Source: a virus
Strand: one strand, 5' to 3'
Virus record (IMG/VR): IMGVR_UViG_3300023083_000001
Coordinates: 14,199 to 78,198 of that record
Length of the DNA: 64,000 bases
The translations under genes and the position numbers were made by a program. Below are positions 9,335-18,963 of the stretch, piece by piece; the stretch's first letter is position 1, and every line of letters begins with the position of its first letter. Below the pieces are notes generated by a model that searched no databases, was not told where the DNA came from, and was given only the letters and a program-made list of their open reading frames with translations.

Positions 9335-9700
9335 ATGCTCTTGAGTATCAAACTTGATCGCGATCAATCTGGCCACATCTCAGAATTAGCCAGTGAAGTA
9401 GACCGTAAGAAGATCTGTCCAATGGACACCATTTTCACAGGTTTGATCCCGGTCTCCGTGCGTAATAAATCGAACAAGGTTACTAATCAGGAAACCCTGA
9501 TCTGCGACCCTACTAAGATCGACTTCGGTCGACGCGAGTACCGTGTACTCGCACGCGGCCAGACACGTCCTAAAGCGACGATCGTCATCGACATGAATAC
9601 TGGTCGCTTCGAAGTGACAGTCGCTCCTGAAGAGCGTAAGCGGGCCCTGTCAGCTGAGTTTGAGATCTCCACGAAGACGCCTAAGAAGGCAACGGCATAA
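9335..9700 (+). CDS. hypothetical protein, 121 aa
   Basis: ORF track. Confidence 0.45.
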   Translation: MLLSIKLDRDQSGHISELASEVDRKKICPMDTIFTGLIPVSVRNKSNKVTNQETLICDPTKIDFGRREYRVLARGQTRPKATIVIDMNTGRFEVTVAPEERKRALSAEFEISTKTPKKATA

Positions 9701-9702
9701 CA

Positions 9703-9730
9703 CGCCCGGCCTAGTGCCGGGCTGTATGTT
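9703..9730 (+). terminator. hairpin terminator
   Basis: GCCCGGC-CTAGT-GCCGGGC followed by TGTATG; near-identical copy at 23219. Confidence 0.55.
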
Positions 9731-9910
9731 GTAAATTCTGATTTTAGGTCTGTATGGTTTGAATAAACTTGCAGGCGTCAAACATGAAGAAGAGTAACCT
9801 CTGGGTCCAATACGGCATTGTCGTCCTGGTACTCGCTGTCTTTACAGTCATCGTTTGCACCATCCGCGCGATGAATGACCATTATCATTTCTATTAAGAA
9901 GAGAAGCAGT

Positions 9911-10498
9911 ATGATCATTAAATCCTTGGGCGCTATGCAAGACTTCGTCAAACTCTGGGACAGCTTGATCGACAAGCCCGATCTGGAGTTTGTTTCCTTG
10001 AAAGGTATCCAAATCGCCGAAGCGGTCGCACTGAGCAAGATGCCCGTGACGTTGACAGGTACTTCGGCTCGTGGGATTCGCTTCGCGGGTCAGTATCATG
10101 AGGAGTACGTCATCGTCCATGGCGAGTACGGTTACCTCGTCATGCGTACCACGGCCGATAATAAGGTCGTACTGGAAAAGTCCACCAGCTATGTATTCAA
10201 AGATGCACACGCGTCAGCTACTGTTCGTATGGACGAGCTTGCAAGCGCATGTCTGCTGACCGGGTTGAAAATCCCTACTCTGATGCATTGGTACGATTCG
10301 GTGTACCGCAAGGTGTCCGGTAAGCATGTAAGTCAGAACTTCTGTCCGTTCAAGTCGCTCGACAAGTCGGCGGCAATGATTGTTCCGGGTCTGGTGCAGT
10401 TGATGAAAATCAAATACCCGGAAGAAACGATCAGCGCAGATAACTATCTGCCGATCATGCACACAACCGCCCAACGTGTTCATCACGCGATGTCATAA
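9911..10498 (+). CDS. hypothetical protein
   Basis: ATG 9911 inside track ORF 9875..10498. Confidence 0.5.
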   Translation: MIIKSLGAMQDFVKLWDSLIDKPDLEFVSLKGIQIAEAVALSKMPVTLTGTSARGIRFAGQYHEEYVIVHGEYGYLVMRTTADNKVVLEKSTSYVFKDAHASATVRMDELASACLLTGLKIPTLMHWYDSVYRKVSGKHVSQNFCPFKSLDKSAAMIVPGLVQLMKIKYPEETISADNYLPIMHTTAQRVHHAMS

Positions 10499-10513
10499 CC
10501 TTAGAGGTGTCAG

Positions 10514-10846
10514 ATGTCCTTCACCGATGCTAAAGTAAGTCAGCTCAAATGTACCCGCAGTAAAGGCGACTGGTTTGCTGAACTCGATGGGCAGCGTGTG
10601 GGAATCGATTGGGATGAACCAATCTACGACCACGACTGGGATTATCATTACCAAGGCGTCAATGGGAAGTTGGTGTTCCTGGAGATCCACGATGGGGATG
10701 ATCCTTACTTCAGCTCTCAGAAGGACGCTGACAAACAACTGATGCACTCATTGAACCTGGATCCAAGTCAGGAGTTCATCCGCCACATGTACGCGTTCGT
10801 GGGAGATGAAGAAGTTAATCTGGGCGACATCATCGTCAAGGAGTAG
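10514..10846 (+). CDS. hypothetical protein, 110 aa
   Basis: ORF track. Confidence 0.5.
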   Translation: MSFTDAKVSQLKCTRSKGDWFAELDGQRVGIDWDEPIYDHDWDYHYQGVNGKLVFLEIHDGDDPYFSSQKDADKQLMHSLNLDPSQEFIRHMYAFVGDEEVNLGDIIVKE

Positions 10847-10848
10847 TA

Positions 10849-11244
10849 ATGTTTCGCCTGATGAAAAACTATAAACGCAGCGTCATCGATCGCGAGGAGC
10901 TGTACGCTCGTATTGAAGAGGCGTATGCGGAACTCAAAGACATCTATTCAGAAGAACGTATTGCCAGGTCTACACGACTGACGATTCAGACTTCGGCATC
11001 AGATGCGCTGGACATCGCGTGCGGTATGGCTAACGACTGCACGCGGTTTGCTGAAACAACCTTACGCTACATGTGGTTGGATATTTTCTTCTATCCAGGT
11101 ATCAAAGCTAAATCCGATAACGCCCGCAAGATGGCATTCCAAGCTAACGTGTACGTCAATCGTACATCTGCACTGCTGGAAGCTGCCATGGGTAAACCAA
11201 TCAAACCTAAACTCACGGTGGTAAAGAATGAACGCATTGGCTAA
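10849..11244 (+). CDS. hypothetical protein, 131 aa
   Basis: ORF track. Confidence 0.5.
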   Translation: MFRLMKNYKRSVIDREELYARIEEAYAELKDIYSEERIARSTRLTIQTSASDALDIACGMANDCTRFAETTLRYMWLDIFFYPGIKAKSDNARKMAFQANVYVNRTSALLEAAMGKPIKPKLTVVKNERIG

Positions 11245-11482
11245 CAACGAACAACTCCTGTCCCTCAAGAAATCCCTGCCAGTCACCCAAGCTGCCGCAC
11301 CGACCTACAAAGACGTGCAAGTCGGCGAAGTCTACAAGACCGAGCGTTACAAGATCGAAAGCACGGTCGTGGTTGTTGAAGTCAAGAAGGACCAGCTCAA
11401 GCTCAAGCGTGACCCTACGGCCAAGGACTCGTTCACCGAATCCCGTGCTCGCTTCGACAAGTTCTACAAGAAGGTACGCTAA
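11228..11482 (+). CDS. hypothetical protein, 84 aa
   Basis: ORF track. Confidence 0.45.
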   Translation: MNALANNEQLLSLKKSLPVTQAAAPTYKDVQVGEVYKTERYKIESTVVVVEVKKDQLKLKRDPTAKDSFTESRARFDKFYKKVR

Positions 11483-11484
11483 CA

Positions 11485-11915
11485 TGGCAGCGTACATGAC
11501 CGTGTACCATCCTGAGCGGGAAATCAACGAGCACGATGTTGCGCGGTACATGTCGCTGCATCCGTACTTCTCGACGTTGAAGAATGTTGATACGTCCTTG
11601 AAAGGAGCCTGCTCTCAACTCGGGGGCTTCTTCATGACGGTCTTGCAGTTTAATGACGTCCCAGCTGACGAACGGTCTACGATGCATTGCATCTTTGACT
11701 TCGCTGAACCGTTTGACTTCAAGAAGTTCAAACCTCAGCTGGACTACGCACTCAGCTACTGGTTCAGGCTTAACCTGATCGACCGGCCTGAGTACGAAGT
11801 GCTTCTGGGTAACCCTACGATGTTCATGATCGACCTGTACGGCATCAAGGTTGCTCAGGTGACCTTGGACGCCATGACAGTAGTTCACGACACTCCGGCT
11901 AAAACGCTACACTGA
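11485..11915 (+). CDS. hypothetical protein
   Basis: ATG 11485 after the upstream stop; the track ORF extends upstream to 11373. Confidence 0.5.
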
Positions 11916-11925
11916 GGTATGGGTC

Positions 11926-12270
11926 ATGCAAGATAAAGCACAAGCAGTCTTTGACGTGTTAGTTCAGGCTGCTCGTGAGACGAGGACGGTGGTAGTTTCA
12001 GACCTCGTTCAAACGTGTGGGTTTCCTAGTGCAACTAACAACATCACTTTAGATGCATTGGGTGAGGTTCACCAGCACTGCATCGATAATGGATTACCTT
12101 TCCTGTTATCGTTGCTGGTCGGTAAAGGTAAGTACGGCGATCGACACATGGTGTCGATCTTTTGGGGGCTCTATAAAGGAGGTATCTACGCCAAGCGCGT
12201 GGACCACTTCAAGTTGAGTCTGGTCTTGAAACTTCGCGAAGATGTCTACATTCATTACTGCAAGGATTGA
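11926..12270 (+). CDS. hypothetical protein, 114 aa
   Basis: ORF track. Confidence 0.5.
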   Translation: MQDKAQAVFDVLVQAARETRTVVVSDLVQTCGFPSATNNITLDALGEVHQHCIDNGLPFLLSLLVGKGKYGDRHMVSIFWGLYKGGIYAKRVDHFKLSLVLKLREDVYIHYCKD

Positions 12271-12273
12271 CGT

Positions 12274-13638
12274 ATGGATTTCGTTAACTGGCTTAAAGAT
12301 CAATACGGTGTACTCAACGCAATGTCGCCGATTGCTGGTGGTGTGGTACTTGCGAGTTTGATGGGTCTGATCTACGCGACTTTGCGTGGATTGCCAAAGG
12401 TTATCTATACGGCAACCTTGAATCAGTGCATTACCAGCCTCACGTTCACCAACGCTGGGGCATGGACTGAAGAGCGTGTGGGTTTCACCTCCTTCATGGG
12501 TTGGTTTATTTCCAACAAGTGGTCAAGGCATTCCAGAAACATCAGCATGGTTACGGTCGGCGATAACGTCGTCTTTGGTCCTGGGAATGGCCGCCACTTC
12601 TTCTTCTACAAAGGTAAGCTCTTCTGGTTCAATAAAGAAGCGCTTGCCAGCAGCGGTACGCATGTCGAGAAAGAACGCATCACTATCGTGACCTTTGGCC
12701 GTGATCAGGAAAAGCTCAAAGAGATCGTGAAGTCGTTCATGCCCAAACCTGAAGACGGTAAGCCTCGGGTCTATACGTTCACTCACGACAACAATTGGCA
12801 GTATCTGTGCACTATCCCACGTCGTGACTTGTCTACAGTGGTGATCGACAAGGAAACCAAAGCTCATCTGGTCAAGAAGCTCGAGGAGTTCGCTGCTAGC
12901 GAAGAATGGTTTAAATCCAAAGGCTTAGCCTGGAAGTTGACCGTGATCCTGCACGGTGTTCCAGGTACCGGGAAGACCAGCCTAGTCAAGGCACTTGCTA
13001 GTCACTACGGGAAGAACATTGCCTCGCTCAATATCTCTGGCGTGTCTGACGCTCAGTTTGAGAAAGCGGTGAGTAGTCTGCCGGAGAATACGTGGTTGTT
13101 GGTTGAAGACTTCGACAGCGCCAATGCAGTCAAGTCTCGTGGCCTGAGCCGTAAAGCACCTGCGCCAACACCCGGAAAAGAAATTGTAGCACCGGCAAGT
13201 GACGGCATCAAACCAGCAGCACCCGTTAAGAAAATGGATGCGGTGGATAGTCTGATCGAGGAGTTCACTCGTCTGTCTCTGACCAAGGTGCTCAATACGC
13301 TGGATGGCATTGTGAGTCTGGATAATTCGGTGATCTGGCTGACCACTAACGCTCTGGACCGTATCGATGAAGCAGTGACTCGTAAGGGTCGAGTGGACCA
13401 CATCTGGGAGATCAAACTCCTGGAAGACCCTGAAGTGCGCGAATACATCAACATGGTGTTCCCTGATCACGAGATCAAGAACCCAGGCAAGTTCTCTCAA
13501 ATCGCAGGCTGTGACTTACAGGCATTGTTCCTGGAAGAGCGATTTGACTCGGCAGCATTTGAACAATCGATTCCGAAAGAGTTCAGAGCGCCGTTTGTCC
13601 ACTCGGTCAACAGTAACACGCATTTGTACCAATCCTAG
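12274..13638 (+). CDS. BCS1-like AAA+ ATPase with N-terminal membrane anchor
   Basis: N-terminal TM segment; Walker A GVPGTGKTS; Walker B LLVEDFD; BCS1-type RKGRVD motif; about 65-aa insertion inside the AAA domain. Confidence 0.75.
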   Translation: MDFVNWLKDQYGVLNAMSPIAGGVVLASLMGLIYATLRGLPKVIYTATLNQCITSLTFTNAGAWTEERVGFTSFMGWFISNKWSRHSRNISMVTVGDNVVFGPGNGRHFFFYKGKLFWFNKEALASSGTHVEKERITIVTFGRDQEKLKEIVKSFMPKPEDGKPRVYTFTHDNNWQYLCTIPRRDLSTVVIDKETKAHLVKKLEEFAASEEWFKSKGLAWKLTVILHGVPGTGKTSLVKALASHYGKNIASLNISGVSDAQFEKAVSSLPENTWLLVEDFDSANAVKSRGLSRKAPAPTPGKEIVAPASDGIKPAAPVKKMDAVDSLIEEFTRLSLTKVLNTLDGIVSLDNSVIWLTTNALDRIDEAVTRKGRVDHIWEIKLLEDPEVREYINMVFPDHEIKNPGKFSQIAGCDLQALFLEERFDSAAFEQSIPKEFRAPFVHSVNSNTHLYQS

Positions 13639-13702
13639 TTCACCCCACCGCCGACATCCCGTCGGCGTACTACTCACTCCACACGGAGTAAGGAAAAGCC
13701 AC

Positions 13703-14701
13703 ATGGCTACCATTTATGATGCACAGGTTCCCAAAAGCTGGATCGCACCAAATGTCAACGCCGACATCCTCACGTACTTGGTGTCGTGCGCTGCGAACAA
13801 CCTCACGGTTACTTATCGAGACGTACAATCCAAAGTTAGGTACCATTTAGCAAATACCCTTGACGACTCTAAAATCATCATCACCACCAACGTCGCCTTG
13901 ACCAGCATCTTCGATTGGTGTATGAAGAAAGAATGGCCTCCTCTGACCTGTTTGATCGCGCGCAGTTCGGGTGAAGATAAAGGCCTACCTGCACGCAGGT
14001 TCTGGGAAATGTTAGACCAAACTAATTACGTCCAGGACTTTTATTCCGAAACGTCCTTGGTGGATGCGCCTAAAGAGATCCGTGAACTCTGCACGCGTTA
14101 TTTACAGCAGCGGTGTTTCAACTATTTCGCAGGACTGAAAGTTACATCGGCCGCTTTGGTTACTCAGCAAGGTTCGACCGTAACGCCAGATACCCCAGCT
14201 GAATCGTCAGACCTCCCCATCACCAGAAACTGGCTCCATAACCGCGCCTCGCAAGAGTACGGATATCACCAGTTGACGGACGATGATAAAGAACGGATAG
14301 CTAAAAGGTTCGTTGGGGAAACATGCAGTTTTTTCGAAACGTTTATCGAGCGAGTTAATGTTAAAAATAGGGTAAATGACGCCAATCCCAAGCGGGCTTG
14401 GTTAGAGGTTCTAGACGGTTATTGTCCCCTGGTGAATCAAGCTCCTATAAACGACACGACCAAAGTTCTCGGCACTATCCTAACGCTACCTGGGTTCAAT
14501 GATCTCAGTCACACTGTACAGGCTGAGATCAAAACGCACTTCGGGCGCATTCACGACGATATCCAGTCGGATATTAACCAGTTCGTTGAAGCCGTGAAAC
14601 GTGACCAGAGCGTTTACTGTCATTTAGGTGGTATGTCGCTCTCTGACGTAATCCTTTACCTGTTCGCCAAGATCAGCGTCGAGTTTAACCGTTCACTGTA
14701 A
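13703..14701 (+). CDS. hypothetical protein, 332 aa, in a lower-GC stretch
   Basis: ATG 13703 after AAGGAAAAG; the track ORF starts at 13511. Confidence 0.5.
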   Translation: MATIYDAQVPKSWIAPNVNADILTYLVSCAANNLTVTYRDVQSKVRYHLANTLDDSKIIITTNVALTSIFDWCMKKEWPPLTCLIARSSGEDKGLPARRFWEMLDQTNYVQDFYSETSLVDAPKEIRELCTRYLQQRCFNYFAGLKVTSAALVTQQGSTVTPDTPAESSDLPITRNWLHNRASQEYGYHQLTDDDKERIAKRFVGETCSFFETFIERVNVKNRVNDANPKRAWLEVLDGYCPLVNQAPINDTTKVLGTILTLPGFNDLSHTVQAEIKTHFGRIHDDIQSDINQFVEAVKRDQSVYCHLGGMSLSDVILYLFAKISVEFNRSL

Positions 14702-14754
14702 CGACACACAGCCGGGGAGAAATCCCCGGCCTTATTTCCTTTAGGAGTAGTTGC

Positions 14755-15189
14755 ATGACCGATAAGAAAATGCCTGAATGGAACGACACCAACATTCAGA
14801 AAGCTTTGATCATGACCGGTGGTACACCGGATCAACAAGTTGAAGCGCGTGAGTTCCTCAGCCATTACCTGCTACCGGATCCTGATCGCTTTAAGCCCTA
14901 CATGAACTTGTACTTGCTCAATAAAACAAACCACGCCATGTGCAAGTTCAACCGCATGGTCGTAGCCGCTCCAAATGAAGAGGTCGCCCGTACAATCAGA
15001 CCCACGCATCGGGATGATGACGACAATTCCGATTCATACTTCAATAAGAACAATGATCCCACTCGCTTTACCGATGAAGATTTGTTGTCACGGGGTTTCG
15101 GCGAACATGATTACTGGGATTGTACGCTCATCGGTAAGGGTGTTGGGAAAGAACCCAAACTCATTCTCAGTCATTACTGGCATCCGTAG
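14755..15189 (+). CDS. hypothetical protein, 144 aa
   Basis: ORF track. Confidence 0.5.
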   Translation: MTDKKMPEWNDTNIQKALIMTGGTPDQQVEAREFLSHYLLPDPDRFKPYMNLYLLNKTNHAMCKFNRMVVAAPNEEVARTIRPTHRDDDDNSDSYFNKNNDPTRFTDEDLLSRGFGEHDYWDCTLIGKGVGKEPKLILSHYWHP

Positions 15190-15197
15190 GAGATTTC

Positions 15198-15497
15198 ATG
15201 AGACATCAATTCAAGCCGGGTGATCCGGCTATCATTACAACGGTTACCAATCCTCTCCTGATCGAAAACATCGGTAAGGTAGTTACGTTTGTGGACTGGT
15301 GCGATGACGACGGGGATCCTAAATTCGATTGCGTGATCGAAGCGTCTGACCTACTCGCTGTGAACCGTACGTCTAGAGAAGTCTGGCCTTACAGTGGGCT
15401 GGGAAGATCCCACACGTCTCGCCTCATGCGATTGTTTGACGACGATAACGACTTCAGTGATGAGGTAGTTGATCAGCGACAGCTTGTCATGGGATGA
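15198..15497 (+). CDS. hypothetical protein, 99 aa
   Basis: ORF track. Confidence 0.5.
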   Translation: MRHQFKPGDPAIITTVTNPLLIENIGKVVTFVDWCDDDGDPKFDCVIEASDLLAVNRTSREVWPYSGLGRSHTSRLMRLFDDDNDFSDEVVDQRQLVMG

Positions 15498-15832
15498 GGT
15501 ACTGCCTGGAGCTTGACCAGTTCGCTAGGCAAGTGATCGCGAAGAACTTCAACATGGCTGTGCCGTGGTACCTATCGGCCAGCTATGCGTACTACAAAGA
15601 GGCTGAGTCGATTATTAGCGATGAGTTCTTTGACAGTATCTGTAGGATACTGAAAATGTATTGGTCAGCAATAGATCACCCGCACAAATACTTGATCCGG
15701 GAGGACAGTTTAGATTCTGGCACTGGTTACTATCTAGATTATGATTTATTGCCGTTGAGGACTCGCTCAGCGACACAAAGACTTATCCTGGTTGCTCAAG
15801 GTAAGATTCCGTTGTATCCCACTAAGTCCTGA
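15494..15832 (+). CDS. hypothetical protein, 112 aa
   Basis: ORF track. Confidence 0.45.
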   Translation: MRYCLELDQFARQVIAKNFNMAVPWYLSASYAYYKEAESIISDEFFDSICRILKMYWSAIDHPHKYLIREDSLDSGTGYYLDYDLLPLRTRSATQRLILVAQGKIPLYPTKS

Positions 15833-15835
15833 ACG

Positions 15836-15890
15836 ACATACAGCCCCGCCGTTTGGCGGGGCTGTATGCTCTTCTTTTTTTATGTTGCTT
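15836..15890 (+). terminator. rho-independent terminator with extended stem
   Basis: CATACAGCCCCGCC-GTTT-GGCGGGGCTGTATG followed by a T-run. Confidence 0.7.
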
Positions 15891-16152
15891 TCTTGCTCTT
15901 GACTTTACGGTCTGCATCCCATTCGTCGTATTGCTGTTGCAGGCGACCTTGAAGGCGTATGGTGCCACAGTGCCCACACTGGTCACTGCATTTGGTGCAG
16001 ACGACATGACCGCCACTCAGGATGAACTTGTTGTTAATCAACTCATCCCAAAACTGCTGAGGTAACCGGGTATTGTGATCATCGAACACCCAGTCCCAAA
16101 ACCGCTCCCACAGTTGTTTCATGATTTCTTCTCGCACAGACATTTTCGACAA
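15880..16152 (-). CDS. small Cys-rich protein
   Basis: CTKCSDQCGHCG motif; end of the minus-strand run downstream of RNR. Confidence 0.4.
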   Translation of the reverse strand: MSKMSVREEIMKQLWERFWDWVFDDHNTRLPQQFWDELINNKFILSGGHVVCTKCSDQCGHCGTIRLQGRLQQQYDEWDADRKVKSKKAT

Positions 16153-16445
16153 AGACAGGTATCACCAGCGTCTGCCATCTCTGGTTTACTTTCCCGTACT
16201 ACAGTCATGCACCAACAGGTGTTAGCTGACTTACCGCCTTCCATAGCGCAGTATGCCGGGCCTTCACAGCTTGGACAGGTGTGAGTGCTAGTCTGTCCTT
16301 TAAGTTGGTTCATGAGCGCCATACGGTCGTCCACGGGTTTGTTTCTCCAGTCCTTGAGTTCATCACGGGTCCGCAGGCATCCTTTACAGATGCCATTGAC
16401 TAGACCGCATTCAGAGATGCAAGGACTTACGATGGGTTGATTCAT
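16119..16445 (-). CDS. Cys-rich small protein (DUF1289-like CxxCG...CxGCxRT..E..W)
   Basis: CISECGLVNGICKGCLRTRDELKDW pattern. Confidence 0.45.
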   Translation of the reverse strand: MNQPIVSPCISECGLVNGICKGCLRTRDELKDWRNKPVDDRMALMNQLKGQTSTHTCPSCEGPAYCAMEGGKSANTCWCMTVVRESKPEMADAGDTCLCRKCLCEKKS

Positions 16446-16675
16446 TCGACGGCCTGTTTATAACGTTCCCAGCCTTCACGGATGTTCGCTTCGTTAACAT
16501 CAAGCGCTGGACCGTGGACGTTGGGGTTCTTGAGGTGTGCACGGGAGGTATCTTCTTCTGTCCAGACGCTGACGTCGCTACTGGATAACTCGAGTTTATA
16601 CTTGACCTGTAACTGGATCAGCTCTTCAAGAAACTCGTTAACCCGTTGCTTTTCTTCTACGGTACGATCGGACAT
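16442..16675 (-). CDS. hypothetical protein, 77 aa
   Basis: ORF track. Confidence 0.4.
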   Translation of the reverse strand: MSDRTVEEKQRVNEFLEELIQLQVKYKLELSSSDVSVWTEEDTSRAHLKNPNVHGPALDVNEANIREGWERYKQAVE

Positions 16676-16879
16676 TCGATACCTCTACATTTATAACCAC
16701 GGGGACTTAAAGGAGGGACCCTAAGGTCCCTCTCTAGTTGGATCAGTTGAACAATTGCTTAACGCGCAATGCGAAGAACTTCCAACGACCTTTCAAGGTC
16801 TTAGGTTTCTTCGTAGCCATTAGCAACAACTTATCCAATTCAGTGTTTTCAATCATGGACAGATTTCCTGTTAGATCGG

Positions 16880-18111
16880 TTACACGTTAGCCGCTGCGTA
16901 AGCATCGGCACGTGCAGCCAGGTCAGGTACTTCACACGCGCCGCCGGCGCAAGCTGCTGCACCCATGGTGTCGACTTCGGTGTAGGTTTCCTGAACGAGC
17001 TGGTCAGCGAAGTTGATCGGTTGCATGGAACGAGTGATGTTCTCCCACTTGTGGAGGTTGTAGACGTCCTTCAAGCAGAAGGTCATCTTCTCCAGGTTAC
17101 CGCCGAAGTAGTTACCCGCAAACTTCTTGGCACGGCGTACCCAGTCGCGTGGCAGCAACAGATCAGAGTTGTCGCCAGAGATGTCGATACCCTGACCCAT
17201 CACGGTGGAGCAACCCAACCACAGGTTGTTGTTAAACGCCTCCATGCCATCAACGATCAAGCCCGATGCAAAGATCGCACCTTCGCCGTACAGGTCCATG
17301 ATTTCCTGAGCTTCCAGGACTTCAGTGAACGGAGCCTGAGCGTATGCCTTGTCGCCACTGCCAGCCATCAGACTGATACCGGCAAAGTACTGACGGTTAT
17401 CAAAGATGTACTGCTCAACTTCAGCCCACGCCTCGTCGGTGTTTTCTACCGAGATGGTGTTGGAGATGTTGTGGCGGATGCGTTTATCAACCGACAGGCT
17501 GTCATCGCTACCGTGCTCGATCCAGTTCTGCTGAGCCAACTTCACGTATTCCAGTTGCTTCTTGCCCAGCAGGTCTTTCTTGAAGATAGCCGTTTCACTG
17601 GAAACGATCGGGAAGGATACAACCAACGATTTGCCGTTGCTGTCCCAGACCGACTTCTCAACCATTTTCGGGTTGAACTCTTTGATCAGCGGCAGAACGG
17701 TTTCCTGGTCAGTCATCTGCACGTTACGGAAGTAACGCTTGGAGTGTGCGCCGTGGATGCCGGAGTCAGTGCCCAGCAGGACCGAGGCATTACCCGACGG
17801 CTTGGTGGTGGTGGTACGTGGTGCGGGATTGATACCAATCAGCTTGGCAATTTTCTTGTTAGTAGCCAGTACCAACTCAGCCGCAAGCTTCATGTGTTGA
17901 GGATCGAACAACACACCTGGTTCAGTCATCCATCCGGTGATTGAAACGCCCAACAGAGCCTCGCGCTCAGTGATCTCACGAGTAGCGTCGCCAAGGTAAG
18001 TGAAGTTAGTGTAACCAGCTTGAAGCGTACCCATGATGCCGCCAGCTTTGCTGGCTCGCAGCAGTGCCGCAAGCGTTGTGCACTGCGCGCCATTGGTTTC
18101 AGTCTTTATGT
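16880..18111 (-). CDS. ribonucleotide reductase large subunit, 3' exon
   Basis: SVLLGTDSG matches the NrdA SALMPSETSS region; C-terminal CAGGAC redox pair resembles NrdA CESGAC; alternative 3' splice site at about 18084. Confidence 0.7.
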
Positions 18112-18602
18112 TCAAGGATCAGCGTTAGTCGATCCTCGGGGATTTCTTCGTACGTCCTATACACCCAGTCAGCAAACTTCAACAACTGCGATGGTGTTGC
18201 GAATGACTTCATCGAGTTTGCCAACTGACTAATTACCTGAACGTTTCCTGGAGCGTAATCGATCGTAGTATCAATTCTATCCAAAGATGGGGAATTGTAC
18301 TTCCCACCTGGAGACCCGGAATGGCAGACCAACGGAATGTCCAATACAGGACATCTTTCTGGAATGACGATATCGGCAACGGTAAGACTACAGATCGACT
18401 GCCTGTGTGTACTTCTGGCTTTGGCTCTCGCCAACATCCTGGACTCAGCGCTAGAGCTTTTCACACGCGCCGAGTTACATTTACCGCAAAGGGTAACTGT
18501 CTTAGAAGTCTTTGGAAACATCATACGGCAATTAGTACACTGCCTCTCCGTGTCGGAAATTAAGTTACCTTCACGATTGAGACGGTATTGGGTGGTGGTC
18601 AT
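18099..18602 (-). CDS. HNH homing endonuclease with N-terminal zinc finger, encoded in the intron
   Basis: CTNC...CGKC finger; HNH region CHSGSPGGKYNSPSLDRIDTTIDYAPGNVQVISQLANSMK. Confidence 0.75.
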   Translation of the reverse strand: MTTTQYRLNREGNLISDTERQCTNCRMMFPKTSKTVTLCGKCNSARVKSSSAESRMLARAKARSTHRQSICSLTVADIVIPERCPVLDIPLVCHSGSPGGKYNSPSLDRIDTTIDYAPGNVQVISQLANSMKSFATPSQLLKFADWVYRTYEEIPEDRLTLILEHKD

Positions 18603-18963
18603 ACGGACATCCTTGAGTTCTGTAATCTACATACTATTCAGAATTCAAGTATATCTACCCACCTGCAAGTCTCCTTGCAGAACAGACTACATCATCACCG
18701 ACTCCTGTCGGTGCTACGCGCTTCCCACCACTTGGCGGTACTCTACTCATCACCTATGTCATCATCCATGTAGGTGCTTTCGATAGTCGTTGAACCCGAT
18801 TCGTGATACGTTAGACGTACTTTAGAACCTCGGCTGCTGATTGTCCTGTAATGATAGATTTTCAAGCATTCACGCTCACCGTTTCCAGTCACGTTGTAGC
18901 TCTATCACCTTTAGGAGTTTCCAGCAATTCGCGTAGTTTATTAACGTAACCTCATTGATGTTT
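18112..18963 (-). mobile_element. group I intron interrupting the RNR gene
   Basis: P1 between exon AACCTT and intron GAGGTT with U-G at the splice site; R-like GGTTCAACGACTATCG and S-like GATGTAGTC elements give a P7 GACTA/TAGTC pairing; omega G precedes an in-frame exon 2; no separate start signals for exon 2. Confidence 0.65.

Noticed and set aside
17021-17944. 307-aa plus-strand ORF
   Set aside because: Antisense to RNR exon 2, whose identity is supported by conserved motifs.
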